This document shows positions 8,957 through 17,857 of a stretch of 64,000 nucleotides of DNA, one piece after another. This DNA is from a virus. Under the pieces are notes generated by a model, which saw only the letters and a list, made by a program, of their open reading frames with translations, had not been told where the DNA came from and did no database searches. The translations under genes and the position numbers were made by a program. The stretch spans positions 51,164 through 115,163 of the IMG/VR virus record IMGVR_UViG_3300032307_000731, one strand, 5' to 3'. Position 1 is the first letter of the stretch, and each line of letters begins with the position of its first letter.

Positions 8957-9994
8957 ATGCCATTACCAAAGAAAGTAATACCAACATTACCATTAGTACC
9001 ACAGAAGACATTGTCTGCTCGTAGGGAACAATTGTTGGAGTATATCAACAAAGACGGAACTTATTTACCTAAGTCGGTATTACATGCCGATTTGGATAGA
9101 GGAATGTTGGATTTTGTTAAAAACGATTTAGAGGTTATTACCGCAGGAAAAGTGGTTCCAATGGTGGATATTATAATTACAACACAAAACTGGACTCAAT
9201 ATGTTGAGACTGCCTTATTTGTTGATTTAGATTATAACCCATCCCCGCCTTTTATCACGGTAGTTAGAAGTCCTGAAGTTAAGTTTGGTACCAATCCATC
9301 ATTACAATATACAATCCCTGATAGAAAACAATTCTACTACGCGTCTGTTCCAACTTGGAATGGAAACGAACAGGGGATGGATATTTACACAATACCTCAA
9401 CCGGTTCCCGTAGATATCAATTATAGTGTGAAGATTATTTGTAATCGTATGAGAGAACTTAATCAGTTGAATAAAGTGATTATGCAAAAGTTTTCATCAA
9501 GACAAGCTTACACATTTATTAAAGGTCAGTATGTTCCAATCGTAATGAGTAATGTTTCTGATGAATCACAAATGAGTTTGGATTCAAGAAAGTATTATGT
9601 TCAAAGTTATGACTTCACCATGTTAGGTTATTTAATAGATGAAGAAGAGTTTGAAGTTAAACCGGCAATTGCAAGGGTTACTCAACTTATGGAATTAACA
9701 GGAACAGGTAATACCAAAAGAGAAAAATACCCAAAGAACCCGAATGAATTTTTAGAAAATTATTTATTTGTTGTGGGTAATGATAGTTTAAGTGATGTGG
9801 TTGCTTATACCGCAAATCTTTCATTTTCAAATTGGGTTAATGTAGATTCGTATGATGTCTATATTAATGGTGATTATTTTGGTACCGACGTTCAAAATAT
9901 TCAAATAACAACAAATGATATTTTACGAATTGATGTTGTTAAAACTGATGATACTTTAGAGTCAACAATTCAGTTCGAAAACTTACTTGTTTAA
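8957..9994 (+). CDS. Tail terminator/completion protein (T4 gp15-like)
   Basis: 'PVPVDINYSVKIICNRMRELNQL..IMQKF' gp15-like motif; upstream of sheath. Confidence 0.65.
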   Translation: MPLPKKVIPTLPLVPQKTLSARREQLLEYINKDGTYLPKSVLHADLDRGMLDFVKNDLEVITAGKVVPMVDIIITTQNWTQYVETALFVDLDYNPSPPFITVVRSPEVKFGTNPSLQYTIPDRKQFYYASVPTWNGNEQGMDIYTIPQPVPVDINYSVKIICNRMRELNQLNKVIMQKFSSRQAYTFIKGQYVPIVMSNVSDESQMSLDSRKYYVQSYDFTMLGYLIDEEEFEVKPAIARVTQLMELTGTGNTKREKYPKNPNEFLENYLFVVGNDSLSDVVAYTANLSFSNWVNVDSYDVYINGDYFGTDVQNIQITTNDILRIDVVKTDDTLESTIQFENLLV

Positions 9995-10152
9995 TTTTCC
10001 CCATATATATCTTTCTTTTCTTTACAGGTATCTACAATTAATTTTTCTAAAAATTTGTACATCTTTAAACCTCGTTTTTCACAATACTTTTTTAGTATCT
10101 CGTGGATGGCGGGGTCTATTTTAATATTCTTGATTTCTTTCGTCTGTTTCAT
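9991..10152 (-). CDS. 53-aa ribbon-helix-helix DNA-binding protein (absent from the ORF track)
   Basis: Manual translation MKQTKEIKNIKIDPAIHEILKKYCEKRGLKMYKFLEKLIVDTCKEKKDIYGEN fits a beta-strand/helix/G/helix RHH pattern; fills an otherwise empty gap. Confidence 0.7.
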   Translation of the reverse strand: MKQTKEIKNIKIDPAIHEILKKYCEKRGLKMYKFLEKLIVDTCKEKKDIYGEN

Positions 10153-10272
10153 AGGTAGAAAAAAGGTAGAATTTATTCATACTCTTTATTAATAGATATT
10201 CAAAAGTAAAGTTTTTTCACATTCTATCTAATATTTATCAATAAAATAAATCTGCAATAGAATAATTTAATA

Positions 10273-13200
10273 ATGGCAACAGCACAAGCAAATCAAAAAG
10301 TTTTCGTTTCACCAGGAGTTTATACTTCAGAAACTGACTTATCATTCGTAGCACAAAGTGTGGGTGTTACAACCCTAGGTTTAGTTGGTGAAACTTTAAG
10401 AGGTCCAGCGTTCGAACCGGTATTCATTACAAACTACGACGAATTCCAAGCCTTTTTCGGAGGAACAGAACCGACAAAATTCGTAAACACACAAATCCCT
10501 AAATATGAGGCTGCTTATATCGCAAAATCTTACTTACAACAATCAAATCAATTGTTTGTTACAAGAATCTTAGGTTTATCGGGATATGATGCGGGTCCAT
10601 CTTGGAGTATTAGAGTTACTGCAAATGTTGACCCAACAACAATAATCCAAAGTCCAACAGGTGTTACATCTTGGAATAGAAGTTTTACAGGAGCCACTAG
10701 TGGTGGTACCGTTGATTTCGTTTCAGGTTCGTTCCCATTAGCGATTCAAGCAAATTTAGATACTCAATATAGATTATCTGATGGTAGTACATCTACACTT
10801 GATGATGATTTTACCGCAAACATTTACAATGCGGTTGGGAATAATACTTTAACTGCGACAACAGCTTTCATTTATGGAGCAATTCCTGAGACAGATTATT
10901 ATGATATCACTGATAACTACACAACAGTTATAAATGAATATGGTTCTGATACTAATAACTTAGCAACTAATGATTTATCTGCATCTGAAAATGACCCATG
11001 GTTTTATGCAAACTTTAACAATTATGTTGGTAACTCTTATTCAGGTTATTCATTTGATTATAACATAAGTGCTTTAGAAGTAACAGGAGTAGGAAATTCA
11101 CAAACTTTTTCGGGTACAATTTCAGGTAATTATTATACATTTATTGGTACTGCTTACACTGAATTTAATAATATGGTTGTTGCAACACTTCGTTCAAGAG
11201 GTATTTCATTATATACTAATAGTTCATCAAGTGATAATCACGGACAAATCTATGAAGTAAATAATGAAAACAATGTTACAATTTTAAATACTGACCAATA
11301 TGCTGATATTGATAAAAATCCATTTGCGTCGTTTGGTTTATCAGGTGTTACTAAAGATGGTGATACTTTCACATTTGAAACTAACTTATCAGCAACTTCA
11401 TCTAAGTTTATTACAAAAGTATTAGGTGTTGATAATTTTGGAAAATCAAGAAATGAAGTTCCTTTATTTGTTGAAGAAATTTATCCAAACTCATTAGCTT
11501 ACGCTTACAATCAAGGATATATTAAAGGTATTAATCCTGAATTAATTGCATTACCTGAGGCTAGAAGTCAACAATCAAATTCAATTGCTTATAGTGTTGA
11601 AAGATATCAATCACCTAGTACACCTTATTTAGTATCAGAATTAAGAGGTAATAAAGTTTATAAATTATTCAAATTTGTTTCAATCTCTGATGGTGACGCA
11701 GCGAACACTGAGGTTAAAGTGTCGATAGCTAACTTATCATTCAATAACATGACATTTGATGTATTAGTAAGAAATTTCTTTGATACGGATTCAAACCCAG
11801 TTGTTATTGAGAAATTTACTAATTGTAACTTGGACCCTAACTCTAACAACTTTGTCGCTAAGAAAATCGGTTCAACAAATGGGGAGTACGCATTATTATC
11901 GAAATATGTGATGATTGAAATGGCGGACGAAGCACCAATTGACGCGATACCTTGTGGTTTTGAAGGATATATTCAAAGAGAATATGATTCGGTTACTAAC
12001 CCGTCTCCATACCCTGTATTTAAAACGAAATATTTCTTCCCGGGTGAGACAATTGCTAATCCACCATTTGGAAACGCTAGTGGAAGTTCAAATTTAGTTG
12101 AATCTCCTGGTGATATTGTTAGAAGAACTTATTTAGGTTTCTCAACACAATATGGTATTGACGAATCATTCTTATCATATAAAGGAAGACAAAATCCTGC
12201 ATCTTGGGTTAACTCTATAACACCTGTTGAAGGTGCTGCTTGGAACTATGTAAGTAAAGGTTTCCATATGGACTCCGGAGCAACAGTTGTAACAATTTCA
12301 AATAGTTATGACACGAGTGGTCAAACTGCTTTTGAATGTGGTGTTGCTGACTTTAGAACAGACCCTGAAACTCAAGAGAATCCATATTACTTTATTTTCT
12401 CAAGAAAGTATACTTTATGTTTTGCTGGAGGGTTTGATGGATGGGACATTTATAGAGAATATCGTACAAATGAAGATAGATTCCAATTAGGTCAATCAGG
12501 ATTTTTAGCAGGAGCATCGGTATCAACAAGATATCCAAATGCAACGGGTGAAGGTTTATTCAAACGTATTGTAGTTGAAAATAATACTCAAGATTTTGCA
12601 AACACTGACTATTACGCTTACTTACTTGGTATATTAACATTTGCAAATCCTGAGGCGACTAATATTAATGTATTAGCAACAGCAAGTATTGATTATGTTA
12701 ATAACTCAAACTTAGTTGAGGAAACAATTGATATGGTTCAATTCCAAAGAGCGGATTCTGTTTATATTACTACAACTCCTGATTATAGAATGTATACACC
12801 GGATTCAACAAATCCACAAGACGTTATCTATTCTCAAGAGGCGGTTGATAACTTAGATAATACAGGAATTGACTCTAACTATACTGCGACTTACTATCCT
12901 TGGATTTTAACAAGAGACACGGTTAACAATACACAAATTTATTTACCTGCAACAGGTGAAGTTTGTAGAAACTTAGCATTAACAGATAACATTGCTTTCC
13001 CATGGTTCGCATCAGCGGGTTACACAAGAGGTCTTGTAAATTCAGTTAAAGCGAGAGTTAAATTAACTCAAGAAGATAGAGATACACTTTACCAAGGTAG
13101 AATTAACCCTATCGCAACTTTCTCTGATGTAGGTACGGTTATTTGGGGTAATAAAACATTACAAATTGCTGACACAGCACTTAATAGATTGAACGTAAGA

Positions 13201-13494
13201 AGATTATTACTTCAAGCTCGTAAGTTAATATCAGCAGTGGCGGTAAGATTATTGTTTGAACAAAACGACCAAGTTGTTAGACAACAATTCTTAGATAGTG
13301 TTAACCCAATCTTAGACTCAATCAGAAGAGACCGAGGTTTATACGATTTCCGTGTAACGGTTTCATCATCTCCTGAGGATTTAGATAGAAATACATTAAC
13401 AGGTAAAATTTACTTGAAACCAACGAAAGCGTTAGAGTTCATTGATATTGAATTCTTCATTACTCCTACAGGAGCTTCGTTCGAGAATATTTAA
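10273..13494 (+). CDS. Contractile tail sheath protein
   Basis: SPGVYTSETD N-term; WFASAGYTRG, LYQGRINPI, WGNKTLQ, LNVRRLL, FEQND, PTKALEFI C-term motifs. Confidence 0.95.
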   Translation: MATAQANQKVFVSPGVYTSETDLSFVAQSVGVTTLGLVGETLRGPAFEPVFITNYDEFQAFFGGTEPTKFVNTQIPKYEAAYIAKSYLQQSNQLFVTRILGLSGYDAGPSWSIRVTANVDPTTIIQSPTGVTSWNRSFTGATSGGTVDFVSGSFPLAIQANLDTQYRLSDGSTSTLDDDFTANIYNAVGNNTLTATTAFIYGAIPETDYYDITDNYTTVINEYGSDTNNLATNDLSASENDPWFYANFNNYVGNSYSGYSFDYNISALEVTGVGNSQTFSGTISGNYYTFIGTAYTEFNNMVVATLRSRGISLYTNSSSSDNHGQIYEVNNENNVTILNTDQYADIDKNPFASFGLSGVTKDGDTFTFETNLSATSSKFITKVLGVDNFGKSRNEVPLFVEEIYPNSLAYAYNQGYIKGINPELIALPEARSQQSNSIAYSVERYQSPSTPYLVSELRGNKVYKLFKFVSISDGDAANTEVKVSIANLSFNNMTFDVLVRNFFDTDSNPVVIEKFTNCNLDPNSNNFVAKKIGSTNGEYALLSKYVMIEMADEAPIDAIPCGFEGYIQREYDSVTNPSPYPVFKTKYFFPGETIANPPFGNASGSSNLVESPGDIVRRTYLGFSTQYGIDESFLSYKGRQNPASWVNSITPVEGAAWNYVSKGFHMDSGATVVTISNSYDTSGQTAFECGVADFRTDPETQENPYYFIFSRKYTLCFAGGFDGWDIYREYRTNEDRFQLGQSGFLAGASVSTRYPNATGEGLFKRIVVENNTQDFANTDYYAYLLGILTFANPEATNINVLATASIDYVNNSNLVEETIDMVQFQRADSVYITTTPDYRMYTPDSTNPQDVIYSQEAVDNLDNTGIDSNYTATYYPWILTRDTVNNTQIYLPATGEVCRNLALTDNIAFPWFASAGYTRGLVNSVKARVKLTQEDRDTLYQGRINPIATFSDVGTVIWGNKTLQIADTALNRLNVRRLLLQARKLISAVAVRLLFEQNDQVVRQQFLDSVNPILDSIRRDRGLYDFRVTVSSSPEDLDRNTLTGKIYLKPTKALEFIDIEFFITPTGASFENI

Positions 13495-13504
13495 TAAAAA
13501 CCAT

Positions 13505-13529
13505 AAGTGGGGATACGTCCCCACTTTTT
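13505..13529 (+). terminator. Intrinsic terminator after the sheath gene
   Basis: AAGTGGGGA-TACG-TCCCCACTT followed by TTT. Confidence 0.8.
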
Positions 13530-13537
13530 AGCCAATT

Positions 13538-14368
13538 ATGAGAAAGATTAGATTAAATGAAGGAATAGATGAAATGGGAACACCCGATATGAAGTATTAT
13601 GCTTTTGATTGGGACGATAATGTTGTTCATATGCCAACTAAGATTATCCTTAAGAATGAAGATGGTGATGAGATAGGTATGAGTACCGATGATTTTGCTG
13701 AGTATAGACATCAAATAGGTGGTGAACCATTTAACTATAAAGGTGAAACTATTGTAGGATATAGTGACGAACCATTTAAAAATTTTCAAACACCCGGTGA
13801 TAAAGATTTTTTAATTGATGCTATGAGGGCTAAATTAGGTCCGGCTTTTGATGATTTTAGAGAAGCTATTAACAATGGTTCAATATTTTCGATTATAACC
13901 GCAAGAGGTCATAATCCTAATACATTAAAAGAGGCTGTATACAATTACATCATATCAGGGTTTAATGGTATTGATAAAGATGAGTTAGTTAAAAACTTAA
14001 GAAAGTATCGAGATATTAATGATGATGAAGACATGAGTGATGATGATTTAATTAAAACTTATCTAAATATGAATAGATATCATCCTGTCTCTTATAATGA
14101 CCCTGAAGGTGCCGCAAATCCTGAAGAGGCGAAAGTTCGTGCGATGGAGAAATTTGTGGAATATATTAAAGAAATGTCATATGATTTAGATAAAAAAGTG
14201 TATCTGAAAAAAGAGGTGAGTAATAATTTTATTCCTACAAAACCGACAATTGGATTTTCTGACGATGACATCCGAAATGTGGAGGTTATGAAAAAACACT
14301 TCAAAGACAAACCGGACAATATTGTTAAAACTTATTCAACAGCAGGAGGAATAAAAAAAGAATATTAA
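13538..14368 (+). CDS. HAD-superfamily phosphatase-like protein
   Basis: Motif I FDWDDN, motif II IITARG, motif III K (EEAKV), motif IV GFSDDD..N. Confidence 0.75.
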   Translation: MRKIRLNEGIDEMGTPDMKYYAFDWDDNVVHMPTKIILKNEDGDEIGMSTDDFAEYRHQIGGEPFNYKGETIVGYSDEPFKNFQTPGDKDFLIDAMRAKLGPAFDDFREAINNGSIFSIITARGHNPNTLKEAVYNYIISGFNGIDKDELVKNLRKYRDINDDEDMSDDDLIKTYLNMNRYHPVSYNDPEGAANPEEAKVRAMEKFVEYIKEMSYDLDKKVYLKKEVSNNFIPTKPTIGFSDDDIRNVEVMKKHFKDKPDNIVKTYSTAGGIKKEY

Positions 14369-14442
14369 CTAGTTATTAAGAACTAGTATTAAATAAATAA
14401 TTAAAAAAAACTAGTTAAATAAACTAGAATTAAATAAACTAG
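14366..14442. repeat. Array of five AACTAG motifs in an AT-rich intergenic region
   Basis: AACTAG at 14367, 14381, 14409, 14422, 14437; first copy lies in palindrome TAACTAGTTA. Confidence 0.75.
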
Positions 14443-14545
14443 ACTGGATTTTAAATATATAAAAATAAATTCAGAAAGTCAATAAAAATATTTTCCTTTT
14501 GGATATATTTATGATAATAAACAAAGAAAAACTAATTTAAATAAT

Positions 14546-15034
14546 ATGGCTGATTTATTGATGAAAATGCCGATTCCTTACGAACCGAAAAGACAGAATC
14601 GATTCATACTAAGGTTTCCATCAAGCTTAGGAATTAACGAATGGTTTGTAGAAAGTGCTGCGAGACCATCGATTAAAATTGCTTCAACTGAGATTCAATT
14701 TTTAAATACCTCAACTTATGTTGCGGGAAGATTTAATTGGGATGAAATTTCTGTTAAATTTAGAGACCCAATTGGACCTTCTGCGTCACAAGCTCTTATG
14801 GAGTGGGTTCGTTTACACGCTGAATCTGTTACAGGTCGTATGGGTTATGCAGCAGGTTATAAAAAAGATATTGACCTTGAGTTGTTAGACCCAACAGGAG
14901 TTGTTGTTGAGAAATGGATTTTATATGGTACATTCTTAACAAGTGTGAATTTTGGTTCATTAGGATACAGCACTGATGGTCTTGTAGATATTACAGCGTC
15001 ATTAAGAATGGATAGATGTGTTTTAGTTTACTAA
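14546..15034 (+). CDS. Tail tube protein (T4 gp19-like)
   Basis: EPKRQNRF, YVAGRFNWDEISVKFRD, YKKDIDLELLDPTGVVVEKWIL; downstream of sheath. Confidence 0.9.
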   Translation: MADLLMKMPIPYEPKRQNRFILRFPSSLGINEWFVESAARPSIKIASTEIQFLNTSTYVAGRFNWDEISVKFRDPIGPSASQALMEWVRLHAESVTGRMGYAAGYKKDIDLELLDPTGVVVEKWILYGTFLTSVNFGSLGYSTDGLVDITASLRMDRCVLVY

Positions 15035-15067
15035 TACTCTTTATAAAAAATCAATACTGATTATATT

Positions 15068-15103
15068 TAACCGTAAAGACATAAACTTTACGGTTATTTT
15101 TTT
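15068..15103 (+). terminator. Intrinsic terminator/attenuator after the tube gene
   Basis: TAACCGTAAAG-N7-CTTTACGGTTA followed by T7. Confidence 0.75.
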
Positions 15104-15105
15104 AT

Positions 15106-15849
15106 ATGGAAAATCAAACAACAGATTACGCACAACAAAATTTTACTTTACCTCACGATGTGGTACCATTACCATCAGGTGGAGTTTTTTACAAAAACAA
15201 AAAAAAATCAATTAAGGTGGGTTATTTAACTGCATCTGATGAGAATATTTTAATGGCGGGTGGATTAGATATTACCACAAATTTATTAAGAAATAAAATT
15301 TACGAACCAGACCTTAGGATTGAAGATATGATTGAAGGTGATGTTGAGTCAATATTGGTGTTTTTAAGAAACACTGCATTTGGGCCTGAAATGGATTTAA
15401 ATTTAATTGACCCGGTAACAAAAAAACCATTCAAAGCAAAAGTTGCACTTGATGAATTGAATGTTATTAAAGGTCAGTTACCAAATGAGGATGGTACATT
15501 TACAACAATATTACCAAAATCTAATTCTACAATTAAATTAAAACCATTAAATTATGGTGAAATAATGGAAATTAGTAAGCTAGAATCTACATACCCTCAA
15601 GGTAGAGTTGTTCCAAAAATAACTTGGAGACTTCAAAAGGAGATTGTTGAAATAAATGGAAACACTGATAAATCAGAAATATCCAAATTTGTTGAACAAA
15701 TGCCTATTGCGGATTCTAAGTATATTAGACAATTTATGAATGAAAATGAACCAAAATTGGACATGAGTCGAGTTGTAAGCACCCCATCAGGAGAAAAGAT
15801 GACAGTTAATGTCGGATTTGGGGTGGACTTTTTTCGCCCTTTCTTCTGA
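15106..15849 (+). CDS. Tail assembly chaperone / baseplate hub assembly protein (T4 gp26-like)
   Basis: 'VPLPSGG.FY', 'LTASDENIL', 'GD..SILVFLRNTAFG', ends 'GVDFFRP'; between tube and tape measure. Confidence 0.7.
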   Translation: MENQTTDYAQQNFTLPHDVVPLPSGGVFYKNKKKSIKVGYLTASDENILMAGGLDITTNLLRNKIYEPDLRIEDMIEGDVESILVFLRNTAFGPEMDLNLIDPVTKKPFKAKVALDELNVIKGQLPNEDGTFTTILPKSNSTIKLKPLNYGEIMEISKLESTYPQGRVVPKITWRLQKEIVEINGNTDKSEISKFVEQMPIADSKYIRQFMNENEPKLDMSRVVSTPSGEKMTVNVGFGVDFFRPFF

Positions 15850-15988
15850 TTATAGGAAAGGACAAATAGATGAATTCTATTATTTAAACAAATTAATGAA
15901 CATATCTTATCAAGATTTTATAACAATGCCCTTATTTGTTAGAAAATATTTGTTAGATAAATGGTTAGAAGATAATAAAAAGGACTGA
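15809..15988 (+). CDS. Small chaperone partner (gp51-like / 'T' segment) in the +1 frame overlapping the upstream gene
   Basis: Manual translation (MSDLGWT)FFALSSDYRKGQIDEFYYLNKLMNISYQDFITMPLFVRKYLLDKWLEDNKKD; 'MP..VR..LL' is typical of this segment. Confidence 0.65.
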   Translation: MSDLGWTFFALSSDYRKGQIDEFYYLNKLMNISYQDFITMPLFVRKYLLDKWLEDNKKD

Positions 15989-16003
15989 AAACTCAGTCCT
16001 TTT
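15978..16003 (+). terminator. Hairpin/terminator overlapping the small ORF stop
   Basis: AAAAGGACTGA-AAAC-TCAGTCCTTTT. Confidence 0.7.
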
Positions 16004-16032
16004 GTATTTATAATAAAATACTATTTTAAATT

Positions 16033-17829
16033 ATGCAAGCAGCTGAACAATCACCGGAAGAATATAAAAAATCGCTTATTGGCTCTCTTGATGTTGCAAC
16101 AGAATTAGCGTCATACGTTGTTGAGATACAAAAATCATCTATTGAGATAAATAAGGTTTTTGGTCAGGGTAGAGAACGAGTTGACATATTAATGTCAAGT
16201 ATCGCAGATGCGGTCCCTATGGTCAATCGTTTAGGTGGGTCAATGTCTGATGTTGCCAAAACTATTGGTGAAGTTGCGGACGCGTCTAATCGAAATGTTA
16301 TTGCGAGTACTGAGGAGGTTGAGAAACTTTATGCTGCTCAGAAAGTATTAGGTATTAGTGCAAAGGATATGACCAATTCTTTTTTGGATATTGGTGTTGG
16401 TTTGGCTCAGGTTCCTAAACAATTAGAAGATTCTATAGAATACATTCAAAGTATTGGTGGTAACACACAGGCGGTAATGAAATCCGTTACCGGTAATATG
16501 GAACAAATGAATAGGTTCCAATTTGAAGGTGGTGTTGTTGGTTTAACTAAAATGGCCGCACAAGCGTCAATGTTAAGGTTTAATATGAATGAAACCTTTA
16601 GATTGGCGGATAAAGTATTAGACCCTGACGGAGCGATTGAAGTTGCATCCGCATTCCAAAGATTAGGTGTATCGGCAGGTGCCTTAGCTGACCCATTCCA
16701 ATTAATGAATATGTCTATTAATGACCCATCAGGGTTACAAGATAGTTTAGCGGATGTTGCAAAACAATTTACATATTTTGATGAGAAAACTAAAACCTTT
16801 AAAATAAATCCTCAAGGTGTGTTAACACTTAGAGAGATGGAAAAACAAACAGGTGTTAGTGCTGCGGAAATGAGTAAAATGGGGTTAGCGGCTGCGGAAC
16901 TAGACAAAAGATTATCAGCAGTTAATTTAGCAGGATTATCAATTGGAAGTGAGGAAGACAAACAATTCTTAGCGAATATTGCTAAAATGGGTGAAGGAGG
17001 AGAGTATGAAGTTAAAATCAAAAATGAAAAAGGGGAAGAAGAAACTAAAAAATTATCAGAAGTAACTCAAACAGAATTTGATAAATTAATACAAGAACAA
17101 AAAAACGGGCCAAAGAGTTTAGAAGAGATTGCCAGAGTTCAAATGAACATTTCGGAAACCGTTAAAGGTGATGTCGCAGCAATTAAAAACGCTTTTCTTG
17201 GAGGTACCGCAACCGCAAAACCTGTTAAAGAAACTATAATTGGGGCTCAAAAAACTGCGGATATATTAGGTGGTGAAGCTTCTAAAAAATTTGGAGACAC
17301 TAAAAGTACTAGAGTAGAAGTTGAAACAACGTTGAAAGATTTGGGTACAATGGCGATGGATTTTAAAGAGGGTATTAAACCTGCAACTCAAACATTATCG
17401 GATTACTTAATGAAGGTTGGTAATCAAATGGAATCAGTTCAAAACAAGTTTACTGACGCGTTAAAAGAGTATGGTAAAAATGTTTCTAGTAAATTAGGTG
17501 ATACACCAATGGAACGACTTACAAAAAAAGGGGTTGATACTGCTTTAGAAAAAAGTGGTGTTGAAATACCGTCTAAGACTGCTCCAATAAGTTCAAACAC
17601 CAATAAAATTGAAAATGAAAAAACGATTCCTAAAAATCAAAATATAACCACTAAAAGTACTGTTGATGTTGGAGGAAAAATAGAGGTTGATGTTAAAGTT
17701 CCTGCAGGACTTTCATCAGAACAACTAAAACAAATTTTAGATACTACATTTAATGAGCCGAGATTTAAGGATTATATTGTTAGGTTAATACCTGGTGATT
17801 CAAAAGAACCTGTTTCAAAAACTTATTAA
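16033..17829 (+). CDS. Tape measure-like protein
   Basis: Helical Ala/Gln/Met-rich protein immediately after tube and chaperone genes. Confidence 0.7.
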   Translation: MQAAEQSPEEYKKSLIGSLDVATELASYVVEIQKSSIEINKVFGQGRERVDILMSSIADAVPMVNRLGGSMSDVAKTIGEVADASNRNVIASTEEVEKLYAAQKVLGISAKDMTNSFLDIGVGLAQVPKQLEDSIEYIQSIGGNTQAVMKSVTGNMEQMNRFQFEGGVVGLTKMAAQASMLRFNMNETFRLADKVLDPDGAIEVASAFQRLGVSAGALADPFQLMNMSINDPSGLQDSLADVAKQFTYFDEKTKTFKINPQGVLTLREMEKQTGVSAAEMSKMGLAAAELDKRLSAVNLAGLSIGSEEDKQFLANIAKMGEGGEYEVKIKNEKGEEETKKLSEVTQTEFDKLIQEQKNGPKSLEEIARVQMNISETVKGDVAAIKNAFLGGTATAKPVKETIIGAQKTADILGGEASKKFGDTKSTRVEVETTLKDLGTMAMDFKEGIKPATQTLSDYLMKVGNQMESVQNKFTDALKEYGKNVSSKLGDTPMERLTKKGVDTALEKSGVEIPSKTAPISSNTNKIENEKTIPKNQNITTKSTVDVGGKIEVDVKVPAGLSSEQLKQILDTTFNEPRFKDYIVRLIPGDSKEPVSKTY

Positions 17830-17857
17830 TAATCTATTTATAAAATAAAAATCATAG

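Noticed and set aside
14366-14442. AACTAG array as a mini-CRISPR
   Set aside because: Repeats (6 bp) and spacers (7-22 bp) are far too short, and no cas genes are present.
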